Part shown: piece after piece, positions 45,303 to 55,256 of the stretch
How positions within the stretch are numbered: position 1 is the stretch's first letter
How the letters are laid out: each line of letters begins with the position of its first letter
NCBI GenBank assembly: GCA_964609775.1
Contig: CAZSSJ010000002.1
Span: 19,260 to 83,259 of the forward strand
Length of the DNA: 64,000 nt
Direction: 5' to 3'
From: an uncultured Gammaproteobacteria bacterium
GTDB lineage: Bacteria > Patescibacteriota > Microgenomatia > JAMCZE01
Notes under the pieces: generated by a model
Databases searched by the model: none
The model's input: the letters and a program-made list of their open reading frames with translations, nothing else
Told to the model about the DNA's origin: nothing
Program-made: the position numbers and the translations under genes

Positions 45303-46365
45303 AATTTTCTCGGCCGGCCTTGCCATTATTTTGATTCTTTTTGGTCTTCCCAACCTGGAATCCAAAAACATTACCAAAGCCAAACTGCTCATTGCCGACG
45401 TTTCTAAGGAGCCAGAACTCGAAACCTACACAACGGATATGAAAGCCTATCTACGAACTTATTACCAACTTAGGGCGGGCAAACCATATTATGAATCTCT
45501 TGGCAAGTCAGTCGTTGGTGATGCCACCAGAGACAATCTTCCCGGTGAAATCTGGGGTTGGAAACTACCGTTTATTTTTTATTTTTGGTCACTTTTACCA
45601 GGACCATCGGGAGTAGGTGTCTATGTCATTTTTATTTTTCTTCTCAGCGCCACCCTTTTTGCAAGTTTTAAGCTTTCCCAAAGAATAATTGGCAAATATG
45701 CACTTTTCTCTCCCTATCTTTTGGTTGGTTATTTTATTTTGCCATTGACAGAAATAACCATATTTCAGGTAGAATGGTGGGCCGTCTGCTTTTTCATCAT
45801 CGCCCTTGCGTTTTTGGTTTATGACAGAAAACTTTTTGCTGGAATGTTCTTTATGACTTCAATTTTCACTCGTGAACTTTTTGTCTTCCACCTAGCGATG
45901 CTCGCCCTTGTGTGTTTCCTTCTTCGAAGACGCCGCTATTTGTTGCCTCTTGTCATTCCACCCATACTCCTTATTCTCTTCTATTCATTCTATCACTTAG
46001 GCCAGGTCTATAGGTTCGAAAATTTCGGCCCGCTGACCACCTGGTGGCGCCAAGGCATCGATCGGGGCTGGCACCTTGTTAGACCAACGTTGAGTTTTTC
46101 CTCGCAGAACTATTTTTTCTTTTTTCTTCATCCTTTCAGGTTCTTTCTGCTCTTTGCTACAATTGGCCTACTAAGTCTTCTTATCAAAAATAAAGACAAG
46201 CTGTTGCCACTTTTGGCCCTTTTCTCCTTCCTGCCTTTTTTCTTGTTTATTTTTTTCTTCGGCATCCAAACAAAATGGCAGGATTACTGGGGAATATATT
46301 ATTTGCCGCTAGCCATTATTTTCGCACCAACCATTTTAACTTTGTTTCCCTATGCCAAAAAATGA
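45295..46365 (+). CDS. Polytopic membrane protein, function unknown
   Basis: Start chosen at ATG 45295 (MFKIFSAGLAIILILFGL). About 9 hydrophobic segments. I recognise no motif. Confidence 0.4.
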   Translation: MFKIFSAGLAIILILFGLPNLESKNITKAKLLIADVSKEPELETYTTDMKAYLRTYYQLRAGKPYYESLGKSVVGDATRDNLPGEIWGWKLPFIFYFWSLLPGPSGVGVYVIFIFLLSATLFASFKLSQRIIGKYALFSPYLLVGYFILPLTEITIFQVEWWAVCFFIIALAFLVYDRKLFAGMFFMTSIFTRELFVFHLAMLALVCFLLRRRRYLLPLVIPPILLILFYSFYHLGQVYRFENFGPLTTWWRQGIDRGWHLVRPTLSFSSQNYFFFFLHPFRFFLLFATIGLLSLLIKNKDKLLPLLALFSFLPFFLFIFFFGIQTKWQDYWGIYYLPLAIIFAPTILTLFPYAKK

Positions 46366-47593
46366 CTTTGCCCCACTTTTTTTAATACTTCTTTCATCAA
46401 TAATGCTTCTATATCAAGTGGCTAAGCCGTTTTGGGGCCATCATGATTTTAATAATGCTTTCTACGGCAACATGGCTCGAAATCTTGTCAGATTTTCAAT
46501 TCTTGATACCAAGCTGGCACAGGTGACCAGTTCTGGAAGACCTTCGGTGTCTGATTTTTCCTTCCATACCCATCACCCCCCATTGCTCATCTGGGCCCTG
46601 GGGGTGTCATATCTACTATTCGGGGTCACGGAATTGTCTACTCGTCTAGTTCCGATTGCCTTTTCCGTCGGCACACTTTTTACTTTTTATATGTTGATAA
46701 AAAAAACCGTCAACTCAAAAACCGCCGTCATTGCCTCCTTCTTTTGGATCGTTACCCCGCTCTATATCTATTTTGGCAAGATGGCCGTTCAGGAAATTCC
46801 GGTGCTGTTTTTCGTCTTGCTCGGACTGTATTCATATGCCGCAGGAAAGGTCAAACTCCTCTATTTTTCCACCTTCTTGGCCGCTCTTTCCGGCTGGCCG
46901 GGCTACTATTTAATCCCCACAATTTGGCTCTGGTCACTACTTCGGACTGGCAAAATCGCTAAAAACATAACTGCTTTGCCAATTGTCGCCATCGGTGTTT
47001 TTGCTTTCCATCTTTTCCAAAACCATGTCGTGACCGGCAGCACCATCGGCGGGGGATTCCTCAACTCTTTCGTCCTGCGAAGCTCTGACATTCCCCTTTT
47101 CGAATACGCAAGAAAGGAACTCAGTTGGATCTTGGCCTATTTTACAAAACCGTTCGTCACACTCGCCGCCGGAGGTTTAATCATCAGCCTTATCCATAGA
47201 AAAGCGTTAATTTTGGTTCTTTTTTTCTTCGGAATCCTTCATCTGATTTTTTTTCGCCAGGCAGCTTTTCGCCACGACTATCTGATTTATTATCTTCTCC
47301 CTGCCGTCTCACTGGGGGCAGCGCTCTTTTTAACCCACATGATAAGAAATAAATTCTTCCTTACTTCCACCACTCTTTTGATCATCGCCTTTTCACTGTC
47401 CCTGAGCTTTCGGTTCACCGGTGCCCTTCAGGGAAGCAATTATGGTCGAATCGCCGTGCAGGCCGGCAAAAACATCGCCACCAAAACCTCTCCGAACGAA
47501 AGGGTAACGCTAATAAATAAAGAAATATATAATAATTTCGACTGGCAGGTCAGATTCTACGCTGATCGCAACGTCACCATTATCCCTGAATGA
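46352..47593 (+). CDS. ArnT/PMT_2-like GT-C glycosyltransferase (short form)
   Basis: Motifs: FWGHHDFNNAFYGNMARN and THHPPLLIWALGVSYLLFGVTELSTRLVPIAFSVGTLFTFYML, typical of the PMT_2 core. There is no large C-terminal domain. Confidence 0.5.
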   Translation: MPKNDFAPLFLILLSSIMLLYQVAKPFWGHHDFNNAFYGNMARNLVRFSILDTKLAQVTSSGRPSVSDFSFHTHHPPLLIWALGVSYLLFGVTELSTRLVPIAFSVGTLFTFYMLIKKTVNSKTAVIASFFWIVTPLYIYFGKMAVQEIPVLFFVLLGLYSYAAGKVKLLYFSTFLAALSGWPGYYLIPTIWLWSLLRTGKIAKNITALPIVAIGVFAFHLFQNHVVTGSTIGGGFLNSFVLRSSDIPLFEYARKELSWILAYFTKPFVTLAAGGLIISLIHRKALILVLFFFGILHLIFFRQAAFRHDYLIYYLLPAVSLGAALFLTHMIRNKFFLTSTTLLIIAFSLSLSFRFTGALQGSNYGRIAVQAGKNIATKTSPNERVTLINKEIYNNFDWQVRFYADRNVTIIPE

Positions 47594-48354
47594 AAGCTGA
47601 TATCACCGTTTTGATGAGCGTGTACAACAACGAACGAACCGTTGGCAAGAGCATAGAAAGTATCCTGTGGCAAACCTATCCGCACTTTGTTTTTGTCATT
47701 ATTAATGACGGTTCGACTGACAATTCATCAAGCCAGATAAGGAAATTCAGTGACAAAAGAATAGTATATATAGACAAAAATAAAAATCTGGGCCTCACCA
47801 GAAGGCTTAACGAGCAACTGGATAATGTAAGTACTCATTATGTCGCTCGAATGGATGCCGATGACATTAGCCGTCCAGACCGCCTGGAGAAACAGCACAA
47901 CTTTATGACCACTCACCAAAGCTACGGGGCCGTCGGCAGCAATTTTAAAAGAGTCAATGCCCAAGGAAGTCTTCTGTGGGAAAGTGATTTCCCTCTTTCC
48001 TCAAAAGACATCAGGCAAAGAATTCTTTTGAAAAATCCCTTCAAGCACTCGATTCTCTTTTTTCGAACGGAAATTCTTAAAACATTGGGGGGATACAACG
48101 AAAAGTTTAAATATAGCCAGGACTACGACCTAATGCTCCGTCTGACTGCCAAATATCCTGTCGCCAATCTAAAGGAATGCTTACTCGTTGACAATCACCT
48201 TGACTCTGCCCTTTCCCAAACCCACCGTTTTGACCAAGCCAAATTTGCCACCTTGGCCCAAATAAATGCTCTCAGGCGGGGAGACTATCCGCTCTTTCAA
48301 AGCGTTTTCTTGTTTCGTTCTTTGGGGTATCTTTTTAAATCATGGTTAAGTTAG
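47590..48354 (+). CDS. GT2 glycosyltransferase (SpsA/WcaA-like)
   Basis: ATGA overlap. Motifs: ITVLMSVYNNERTVGKSIESILWQTY, VIINDGSTDNS and ARMDADDIS. Confidence 0.8.
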   Translation: MKADITVLMSVYNNERTVGKSIESILWQTYPHFVFVIINDGSTDNSSSQIRKFSDKRIVYIDKNKNLGLTRRLNEQLDNVSTHYVARMDADDISRPDRLEKQHNFMTTHQSYGAVGSNFKRVNAQGSLLWESDFPLSSKDIRQRILLKNPFKHSILFFRTEILKTLGGYNEKFKYSQDYDLMLRLTAKYPVANLKECLLVDNHLDSALSQTHRFDQAKFATLAQINALRRGDYPLFQSVFLFRSLGYLFKSWLS

Positions 48355-49349
48355 TCAATTACGAACTTGAGTCCATTCCCGTCCCCTTTCGCCTCTCCTG
48401 GGGCAAACTGGGCTATTCCCGGCATGTCTATGTGACTGTCGAAAACGAAAAGGGGGCAAAGGGTCGGGGCGAAGGGGTGCTGTACAAAACCACGCATCTA
48501 GAACTACTGCCATATCTTGAGAATAGATTTACTCTCGATTTGGAGAGACTAGCCGCCTTCGAACCAGCGCTTGCCTTTGCCGTAGACACCGCTCATCTTG
48601 ACCTAAAAGGGAAAATTTTAGTCGTGCCGCCTAACCCCTCTGTCGTTCGCGAAATCTTTATGGAAGACCAGGATCTGGAACAATCTGTCAAAGAGATAGC
48701 AACTCAACACACAAGCGCGATTAAACTAAAAGTCGGGGCGGGAGTAGAGAATGACAAAAAGACCCTTGTTCAGGTTCACCACCTCACCAAGGGCAAGATC
48801 AAAATTCACCTCGACGCCAATCGGGCATATAATTTAAAAGACGCCTTAGAGTTGGCCAGTTTTGCCAGCGCTAGGGGAGTGACTCTTTTTGAGGAACCGG
48901 TCTCTGGAGGCTTTCCTATCGTCGGAGAATTTAAACGGGCATCCAATCTGCCGGTGATGCTTGATGAAAGCATCCAGTCTGCGGCCGATCTGGAAAGTGC
49001 CATTAGAGAAAAATGCTTCGACATCCTAAATATTAAACTCAGCCGGCTGGGCGGTATAACCTTAGCCCAAAGGTACGTTCAGCGCTGCACTCAAGCCGGG
49101 CTAAGAATCTATCTTGGCTGTAGTGAAGAGCTAGAAACGGGCACCCGAGCAATTTTCACTTTGGCAAAATCAACAAAAAATCTTTATGCGGTTGAGGGGC
49201 TGGGCTTCGAAAGATTAGCCGGTCGGGAGGGCTTCCACTACAGTCTTGGAGAAGGTAGTCGGCGACTCTTTTTACTCAAAGAGTTTTCTGGTCTTTGGGC
49301 CACCAGAATTGAAAATTGCCTTAATTACACACTAGCGAAGATAAGGTAA
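48342..49349 (+). CDS. Enolase-superfamily enzyme, MLE subgroup (OSBS / N-acylamino-acid racemase / dipeptide epimerase-like)
   Basis: Motifs: AIKLKVG (KxK), HLDANRAY (Asp ligand), LFEEPV (Glu ligand), VMLDESI (Asp ligand) and ILNIKLSRLGGI (second catalytic Lys). Confidence 0.7.
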   Translation: MVKLVNYELESIPVPFRLSWGKLGYSRHVYVTVENEKGAKGRGEGVLYKTTHLELLPYLENRFTLDLERLAAFEPALAFAVDTAHLDLKGKILVVPPNPSVVREIFMEDQDLEQSVKEIATQHTSAIKLKVGAGVENDKKTLVQVHHLTKGKIKIHLDANRAYNLKDALELASFASARGVTLFEEPVSGGFPIVGEFKRASNLPVMLDESIQSAADLESAIREKCFDILNIKLSRLGGITLAQRYVQRCTQAGLRIYLGCSEELETGTRAIFTLAKSTKNLYAVEGLGFERLAGREGFHYSLGEGSRRLFLLKEFSGLWATRIENCLNYTLAKIR

Positions 49350-49355
49350 AAACCT

Positions 49356-50591
49356 ATGCGCATCTGTTCGCCACAACTAGGGATTTCTCCGGACTCAAAT
49401 CTTGGCGGCGAGGTCCACGATCGCGAAATGCTCAAATCCCTAGCAGACTTGGGGGTGGAGATCGACATCATTCTTCCTTTTGGAAAGAAGCACGAAGCTC
49501 ACAAAAATTGGCACTTTTATTATTTACTAACCCCAATAGTCTTTCCGCCAATAGTTTTCAACGCTCTAGTCTTACCCCATCTCTTTTGGATTTACTTTCG
49601 GCATAAATTCAATATTCTCCGCGTCCATTCTCCCTACTTCGTCGGGCTAGGAGCTTTGATTTTCAAATTGGTTTTTCCACGGATTTTAGTCATTGCCCAC
49701 TATCACCATTTTGAAGGCAATAAGGTTTATAATTTGATAGATAGCATTATCGCCAACAAGTTCGATTTAATCGTCACTGCTAGCAATGTGACTAAAAGCA
49801 AGTTAATAAACAAATTTGGCGTTTTGGAATCTAAAATTGCAATCATTCCCTACGGAGTATCTGCTAGCTTTGCTCCGCAAATTGTCGACCAACAAATTAT
49901 TCTTGAACCTGCGAATACCTCGTTGCTCTGCAGCGAGGATGAGCAGGCTCCAAGAAGAAACTCCGAGCCCAAGATACCTCGTCAGCCCTTCAGGTCTGAG
50001 CCTCAGGGTCGAAGACTTGCTGCGATGAGTTTCATTTCCAAGTATAAACTTCATGGAAAGAAACCGCTTCTTTATATTGGTCAGTTAATCAGTCGCAAAA
50101 ACATCCCCTTTCTACTTCAAGTAGTAAAGGCGCTACCTGAAGAATATATACTTTTGATCGCCGGTGATGGGCCATTAAAAAATCAACTACAAGACATGGT
50201 AAGGTCCTTACAACTAGATAACCGGGTGACATTTTGCGGTCATATTTCAGAAGAAGAAAAGCCGAAAATGATTTCCCTTGCCGATTTTTTTCTTTTTTCT
50301 TCAAGCAATGAAGGATTCGGACTATCAGTGTTAGAAGCAATGGCCTGCGGCAAAATTGTTATTGCCGCAAAACTTCCCGTCTTTCAACAGTTTATTGACA
50401 CCGGCAGAAACGGATTTCTTTTGGATCTTGATTCCCAGCGATGGGTGAAGACTATTTTATCTTTGGACCATAAACCACAGACCAAACGGTCTTTAGAAAA
50501 AAACGCCAGACAAAGTGCAAAAAAATTTAGCTGGAACAACTTTGCCAAAACCTATCTTCGTCGAGTAAATCATTCATTTCCTAGCCTATGA
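49356..50591 (+). CDS. GT4 (group 1, GT-B) glycosyltransferase with an extended charged interdomain linker
   Basis: Motifs: LGGEVHDREMLKSLADLG and SSSNEGFGLSVLEAMACGKIVIAAKLPVF. About 30 extra residues (SEDEQAPRRNSEPKIPRQPFRSEPQGRR) lie between the two Rossmann halves. Confidence 0.75.
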   Translation: MRICSPQLGISPDSNLGGEVHDREMLKSLADLGVEIDIILPFGKKHEAHKNWHFYYLLTPIVFPPIVFNALVLPHLFWIYFRHKFNILRVHSPYFVGLGALIFKLVFPRILVIAHYHHFEGNKVYNLIDSIIANKFDLIVTASNVTKSKLINKFGVLESKIAIIPYGVSASFAPQIVDQQIILEPANTSLLCSEDEQAPRRNSEPKIPRQPFRSEPQGRRLAAMSFISKYKLHGKKPLLYIGQLISRKNIPFLLQVVKALPEEYILLIAGDGPLKNQLQDMVRSLQLDNRVTFCGHISEEEKPKMISLADFFLFSSSNEGFGLSVLEAMACGKIVIAAKLPVFQQFIDTGRNGFLLDLDSQRWVKTILSLDHKPQTKRSLEKNARQSAKKFSWNNFAKTYLRRVNHSFPSL

Positions 50592-51367
50592 CAGTCACCA
50601 AGCTTTCTATAGTGCTACTTAAAAAATTGCGGCAAGCAACTCCACTTGCAGCAAAGCTCGTTTTTCTAACAGGGAAATCAACGCAAGCCCTTCACCCGAA
50701 GCACCTCGTCGAAATCGAAAAGCCTTGGTATCTTGATTATCTTTCAAAGAACGATATTGTTCTCGACCTCGGCTGTGGCAACGGTCAAAATTCCCTCAAG
50801 GCAGCCAAGAAGGCCAAACATGTATACGGACTCGACACAAACCAGGCCAGTCTTAATCAAGGAAGATCCTTCGCTAGTCGACACAAGATCACTAATATTA
50901 CCTTCTCATTTCATGATTTGAACAACAAGCTGCTCTACCCCGACCAACGTTTCGACCGAGTACTATTCCTGGATGTCCTAGAACACCTAGGGACCGCCAG
51001 TCGCCAGCAGATAATGGGCGAAATTCACCGGATTCTGAGAACCGATGGCCTGCTGCTCCTAGCCGTCCCTAATAGTCAAACATCTTGGAAAAAGACGCAA
51101 AGGTCTGTAAGCGTGGACTCATTTACCGATCCAGACCATAAAATTGAATATTCGCTTGACGGGATCAAAAAATTTTGTAGTAAATGTAAGTTTAAACAAT
51201 TAAATATTAGTGGTATTACTTATGACAGCCCTTATGCTCCCTTAATTGACATTGCTGGAGGATTTTCACTGCAGCTGTATAAAAAGCTATCACTTTGGAA
51301 AAAAAATAAGATGAAAGGTGGCTTAACTGAAAGTATCGGTTTCAGATTAGTTTGTCAAAAAATGTAG
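50588..51367 (+). CDS. Class I SAM-dependent methyltransferase
   Basis: ATGA overlap. Motifs: VLDLGCGNGQNS (motif I), VYGLD, FDRVLFLDVLEHL and LRTDGLLLLAVPN. Confidence 0.8.
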   Translation: MTVTKLSIVLLKKLRQATPLAAKLVFLTGKSTQALHPKHLVEIEKPWYLDYLSKNDIVLDLGCGNGQNSLKAAKKAKHVYGLDTNQASLNQGRSFASRHKITNITFSFHDLNNKLLYPDQRFDRVLFLDVLEHLGTASRQQIMGEIHRILRTDGLLLLAVPNSQTSWKKTQRSVSVDSFTDPDHKIEYSLDGIKKFCSKCKFKQLNISGITYDSPYAPLIDIAGGFSLQLYKKLSLWKKNKMKGGLTESIGFRLVCQKM

Positions 51368-51379
51368 CGCCATCTGATA

Positions 51380-52555
51380 ATGAAAATCGCATATATCGTA
51401 GACTATCTACCAAACTTAGATTCCAGGACAGATTTCAGTGGAGCAGAGGTCAGTGTCCAGCTGTTAGCGGCGGGTTTAAAAAAACACGGGGTCGAGATCA
51501 AGTTAGTTTCACCTGCCCAAGGTTTATATTCTTCACGAGGAAAAGTCTTTCCCTCTTTGCTGACAACAAATATTTTCTGGTTTTTTCTTTCCACTTTAAT
51601 AATTATCAGAAGCCTTCAGAGGGAAGAGATTGACTTGATTCACGCTCAGGGAAAGAACTCCCTAGTAGGAGCTTACTTGAGTAGTCTTTTTTTTAAAAAG
51701 CAACTTTTAGTTACCGTTAGGGACTATCGAGCCCTTTGTGACTTGGGTATGTGTTTTCTTCGGGGCAAGAAACACTGTACTTTCAAAAACTACTTTCAGC
51801 AGGACATTCCGTTTTTCGTCAGAAAATACAAGAAACAGACAGTTTTAAGATATCTCTATGCCTATCTTGTCGGGCTATACCAATATCCTCTTCGCCTTCT
51901 TTATCGTCATATTCTAAAAAAAGCTAATAAAGTCGTTTGTATCAGCATTGCCCAACAGAAGTTATACAATACATTTGGCATTGATAACACAATAGTAATT
52001 TATAACCCAGTGACTTTTGAAAAAGTCCACTATCAAAAGAAAAAACAATTATTTTTCGGCGGCAGATACACACTTGGCAAAGGAAAGGAAATTTTAAAAA
52101 TCATCCTTCCAAAATTCTTTCAACTTTATCCAGATTGGGAACTTATCTTTGCTGGTCGTGACAAGCTGGATATCGAACATCGAAACATCAGAACCCTTGG
52201 CCAATTGCCTTACAAGAGCTATCTAAGGTCAGTCGGGGAGTCATCCCTAGCGCTTGTTCCCTCTGTCTGGCCGGAGCCCTTCGGAAGGGCAGCGCTGGAC
52301 GCAATCTCTGTTGGGACACCGGTAGTTGCGACAAATGCTGGCGCCCTATCTGAAATAGTAGTTAGTGGCCGCTACGGAACCGTAAGTCAACCAAATACGC
52401 AAAGTTATTGGCAAGCCCTCCAAGAGGGAATGGCAAAAAGGAGCGGTCTTTCTGAACAGATCAAAAAAGACACCGAAAAATTGATCAAAAAATTTCAGGT
52501 CGATCCAGTTCAAGATCACCTCAGACTATATGAATCGTCACTACACAAATCTTGA
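51380..52555 (+). CDS. GT4 (group 1, GT-B) glycosyltransferase
   Basis: Motifs: MKIAYIVDYLPN..FSGAEV and VPSVWPEPFGRAALDAISVGTPVVATNAGALSEIV. Confidence 0.75.
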   Translation: MKIAYIVDYLPNLDSRTDFSGAEVSVQLLAAGLKKHGVEIKLVSPAQGLYSSRGKVFPSLLTTNIFWFFLSTLIIIRSLQREEIDLIHAQGKNSLVGAYLSSLFFKKQLLVTVRDYRALCDLGMCFLRGKKHCTFKNYFQQDIPFFVRKYKKQTVLRYLYAYLVGLYQYPLRLLYRHILKKANKVVCISIAQQKLYNTFGIDNTIVIYNPVTFEKVHYQKKKQLFFGGRYTLGKGKEILKIILPKFFQLYPDWELIFAGRDKLDIEHRNIRTLGQLPYKSYLRSVGESSLALVPSVWPEPFGRAALDAISVGTPVVATNAGALSEIVVSGRYGTVSQPNTQSYWQALQEGMAKRSGLSEQIKKDTEKLIKKFQVDPVQDHLRLYESSLHKS

Positions 52556-53150
52556 CTATCTATCGCGCTCGCGATGGGCTAGCTTTTACGTCCAAATTAA
52601 AGAAACCGTCAATCCCAAACCTGCCAACGTACTTGAAATCTGTAAGGGTTTCGGGCTCTTGTCTTTTGTCGTCAGAGGCATAGGAACAGACATTAAAACT
52701 TTAGATGTTGACCCTAAATTAAAGCCCGATTTTATTGGAGACGTACGTAGAATTCCCCTCAAAGCCAATTCTTTCGACGTTGTCACTTGTTTTCAAGTTC
52801 TTGAGCATCTTCCTTTTTCCGATTTCAAAATTGCCCTTTTGCAAATGAAACGAGTAAGTAAAAAATATATTCTTCTCTTTCTACCTGAACCCTATAGCAC
52901 CTTTGTCTATTTTGGCGCCAAGTTGATCCCGTTCATTCCTAAGCTTGAATTATTCCGAAAATTTGCTATGTCTGACCGATTTTTTCCGAAATTCGGGCTG
53001 AACAGTCCTCATTATTGGGAAATTGGAAGAAAAGGTGTTTCCTACCAAAAAGTTGAAAAATGTATCACAGCGTGCCAATTAAAAATTATTAAATCCTTTT
53101 ATCCGAAAGAAAACTTATATCACCACGTTTTCGTTTTGTCTAAATTATGA
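52530..53150 (+). CDS. Class I SAM-dependent methyltransferase (divergent motif I)
   Basis: Motifs: VLEICKGFGLLS, TLDVDP and FDVVTCFQVLEHLPFSDF. 26-nt overlap with the upstream gene. Confidence 0.6.
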   Translation: MNRHYTNLDYLSRSRWASFYVQIKETVNPKPANVLEICKGFGLLSFVVRGIGTDIKTLDVDPKLKPDFIGDVRRIPLKANSFDVVTCFQVLEHLPFSDFKIALLQMKRVSKKYILLFLPEPYSTFVYFGAKLIPFIPKLELFRKFAMSDRFFPKFGLNSPHYWEIGRKGVSYQKVEKCITACQLKIIKSFYPKENLYHHVFVLSKL

Positions 53151-54190
53151 CACTTGGAATTCTTTTGCCGATGGGGAGCAGCCTTGAAGACATGGAGCTT
53201 CATGGCCAAAAGGAACGTTTCCAAAAATACTACCTCAATGTCTATAGACAGAGCTTTGAAAAAGTTATTGTCTTTAGCTATAAGGACTCTCCCCTTCATC
53301 GCTACTTCTATTCCCTAGCTCTCCCGTTAGTCAAGCGCAAAGATTTCACCACATGCGACGTCTTCCGATGCTTTCATTTAAGTTCCACGCCCCCGGCCAT
53401 TGTCGGGAAAATTCTATTTAACAAAAAGTTCGTCTTCAATTACAACTATGATTATAAAAAATGGGCGGTTATCGAAAAAAAACCCTTCCTGGTTCCATTG
53501 ATTCAACTTTTAGAGCAGGTAAGTTTTAGGTTGGCAAACCATATTTTTGTCGCCGACGAAAGAATGGCCGAATTTGCCAGAACGCTCAGAAGTGCAACAA
53601 AAATTACGAACATCCCCAACGGCGTGGACGTCACCATCTTTAGGCCAGCATTGCATAACAAAAAAAACAGCCAAAAAGTTATCCTTTCTGTAGGTCGGCT
53701 AGAAGAGCAAAAAAACTATGGGCAGCTTATCGCTGCCGTTGCCAACATTAGCCCAAAACCACATTTAATCATCATTGGTCGGGGAGCTTTAAAGGAGACT
53801 TTAGTTAGGCAAGCAGGTCGATTGGCAGTGGATATGACAATTATTGATGTGGTCCCCCACCTAGAGTTGCCAAAATATTATCAATCTGCTGATGTTTATG
53901 TTCAACCCTCCTTAGCGGAGGCTCCGGTAAAAACTCTTCTCGAAGCAATGAGCTGCCAATGTGCTTGTGTAGGGACCAGGGTTCCTGGCATTTCGGGAGT
54001 CTTAGAAGATGGAAAAAATGGATTGCTAGCCTCCTTAGAAACGAAAGATCTTCAGAAAAAGATTCAACAGGTTTTAAATAATCCAAAAACGGCAAAAAAA
54101 CTAGGGGAGCAAGCCAGAGTGACAATCATCAACCGCTTCAATATCAAAAAAATGATTAACAAAGAAATCTCCATTCTGAAAAGCATATGA
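53147..54190 (+). CDS. GT4 (group 1, GT-B) glycosyltransferase
   Basis: ATGA overlap. Motifs: ILSVGRLEEQKNYGQLI and QPSLAEAPVKTLLEAMSCQCACVGTRVPGISGVL. Confidence 0.7.
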   Translation: MTLGILLPMGSSLEDMELHGQKERFQKYYLNVYRQSFEKVIVFSYKDSPLHRYFYSLALPLVKRKDFTTCDVFRCFHLSSTPPAIVGKILFNKKFVFNYNYDYKKWAVIEKKPFLVPLIQLLEQVSFRLANHIFVADERMAEFARTLRSATKITNIPNGVDVTIFRPALHNKKNSQKVILSVGRLEEQKNYGQLIAAVANISPKPHLIIIGRGALKETLVRQAGRLAVDMTIIDVVPHLELPKYYQSADVYVQPSLAEAPVKTLLEAMSCQCACVGTRVPGISGVLEDGKNGLLASLETKDLQKKIQQVLNNPKTAKKLGEQARVTIINRFNIKKMINKEISILKSI

Positions 54191-55242
54191 CAGTCTGCTA
54201 TTTTGGCTACTACCGACCCTTTCATTCTAGAAATCGCAACCTCATACTTGGTTTACGGAGAAATGGTGTTAACGTAATTGAATGCAATGCTGTAGTGCCG
54301 TTTATTCAAGGAAGATACTTTTGTCTTCTTGCAAAATACTTCCGCTATGGCACAGGGGCGGATGTGATTATTGTTGGTTTTCCTGGGCACACAGATGTGC
54401 CCCTTGCCTGGGCTTTAGCGAAAATTTTTCACCGAAAGTTAGTTTTTGACGCTTTTACTTCTATGTATTTAAACCTTGTGTATGACCGCCAGGATGTTGC
54501 TCAACATTCTTTGAAGGCTTTAGTCTACTGGCTAGTCGACTGGTTAAGTTGCCTGCTATCAGATAAAGTTCTGGTCGATACTTCCGATAACCAACAATAT
54601 TTTGCTAAAGAGTTTTCTGTTAAGGTGGATAAAATTGCCTGTATTCCTGTATGTTTTGACGAAAGTATTTTTAAACCGCAAAAAGCGATTAATGGTGATA
54701 GTTGTATCGTCGGTTGGCACGGCACTTTCCTCCCGCTTCAGGGGGTGGAGACTATTATCGCAGCAGCGCAAAAACTTAAGAACGTGAATATAAATTTTCG
54801 CCTTTTAGGCTACGGGCGAGAGAAAGACATGAGTGTTAAATTAGTAAAAAAGAAGGGCTTGAAAAATATTTATTTTTTTGATCGAGTAAATTACCAACGC
54901 CTGCCAGATTTTATCAGTGGCTGTGATATTTATCTTGGAGGACCGTTTGGCCAGAATTTAAAGGCCAACATGGTTATACCAAATAAGGTAGTAGAGGCAA
55001 TGGCCATGGGCAAGCCGGTAATTTGTGCTGACACACCTGCCATGCGGCGAGCTTTTGTTTCGGGAAAAGAAGTTTTGTTAACAACACAAAGTAATCAGCT
55101 TGCTTTAGCTAGGGCGATAATAAGTCTGAAGGAAAGCCCCAAGCTACGCGAAACCCTGGGTCATAACGCACTAAGGGCTGCTTCTTTCTATACTAGCAAG
55201 AATATTGGTCGCTTATTACTTCAAAAAATCGCCCAGCTATAA
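54187..55242 (+). CDS. GT-B glycosyltransferase (GT4-like)
   Basis: ATGA overlap. Motifs: VGWHGTFLPLQGVETII and IPNKVVEAMAMGKPVICADTPAMRRAF. Confidence 0.6.
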   Translation: MTVCYFGYYRPFHSRNRNLILGLRRNGVNVIECNAVVPFIQGRYFCLLAKYFRYGTGADVIIVGFPGHTDVPLAWALAKIFHRKLVFDAFTSMYLNLVYDRQDVAQHSLKALVYWLVDWLSCLLSDKVLVDTSDNQQYFAKEFSVKVDKIACIPVCFDESIFKPQKAINGDSCIVGWHGTFLPLQGVETIIAAAQKLKNVNINFRLLGYGREKDMSVKLVKKKGLKNIYFFDRVNYQRLPDFISGCDIYLGGPFGQNLKANMVIPNKVVEAMAMGKPVICADTPAMRRAFVSGKEVLLTTQSNQLALARAIISLKESPKLRETLGHNALRAASFYTSKNIGRLLLQKIAQL

Positions 55243-55256
55243 TATACTTTCTAAAG

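Noticed and set aside
49915-49982. 9-nt direct repeat ATACCTCGT, 59 nt apart, flanking the extra linker of the GT4 gene, considered as an insertion scar.
   Set aside because: More than ten 9-mer repeats within 60 nt are expected by chance in 64 kb. The spacing is not a multiple of 3, and the two copies are read in different frames.
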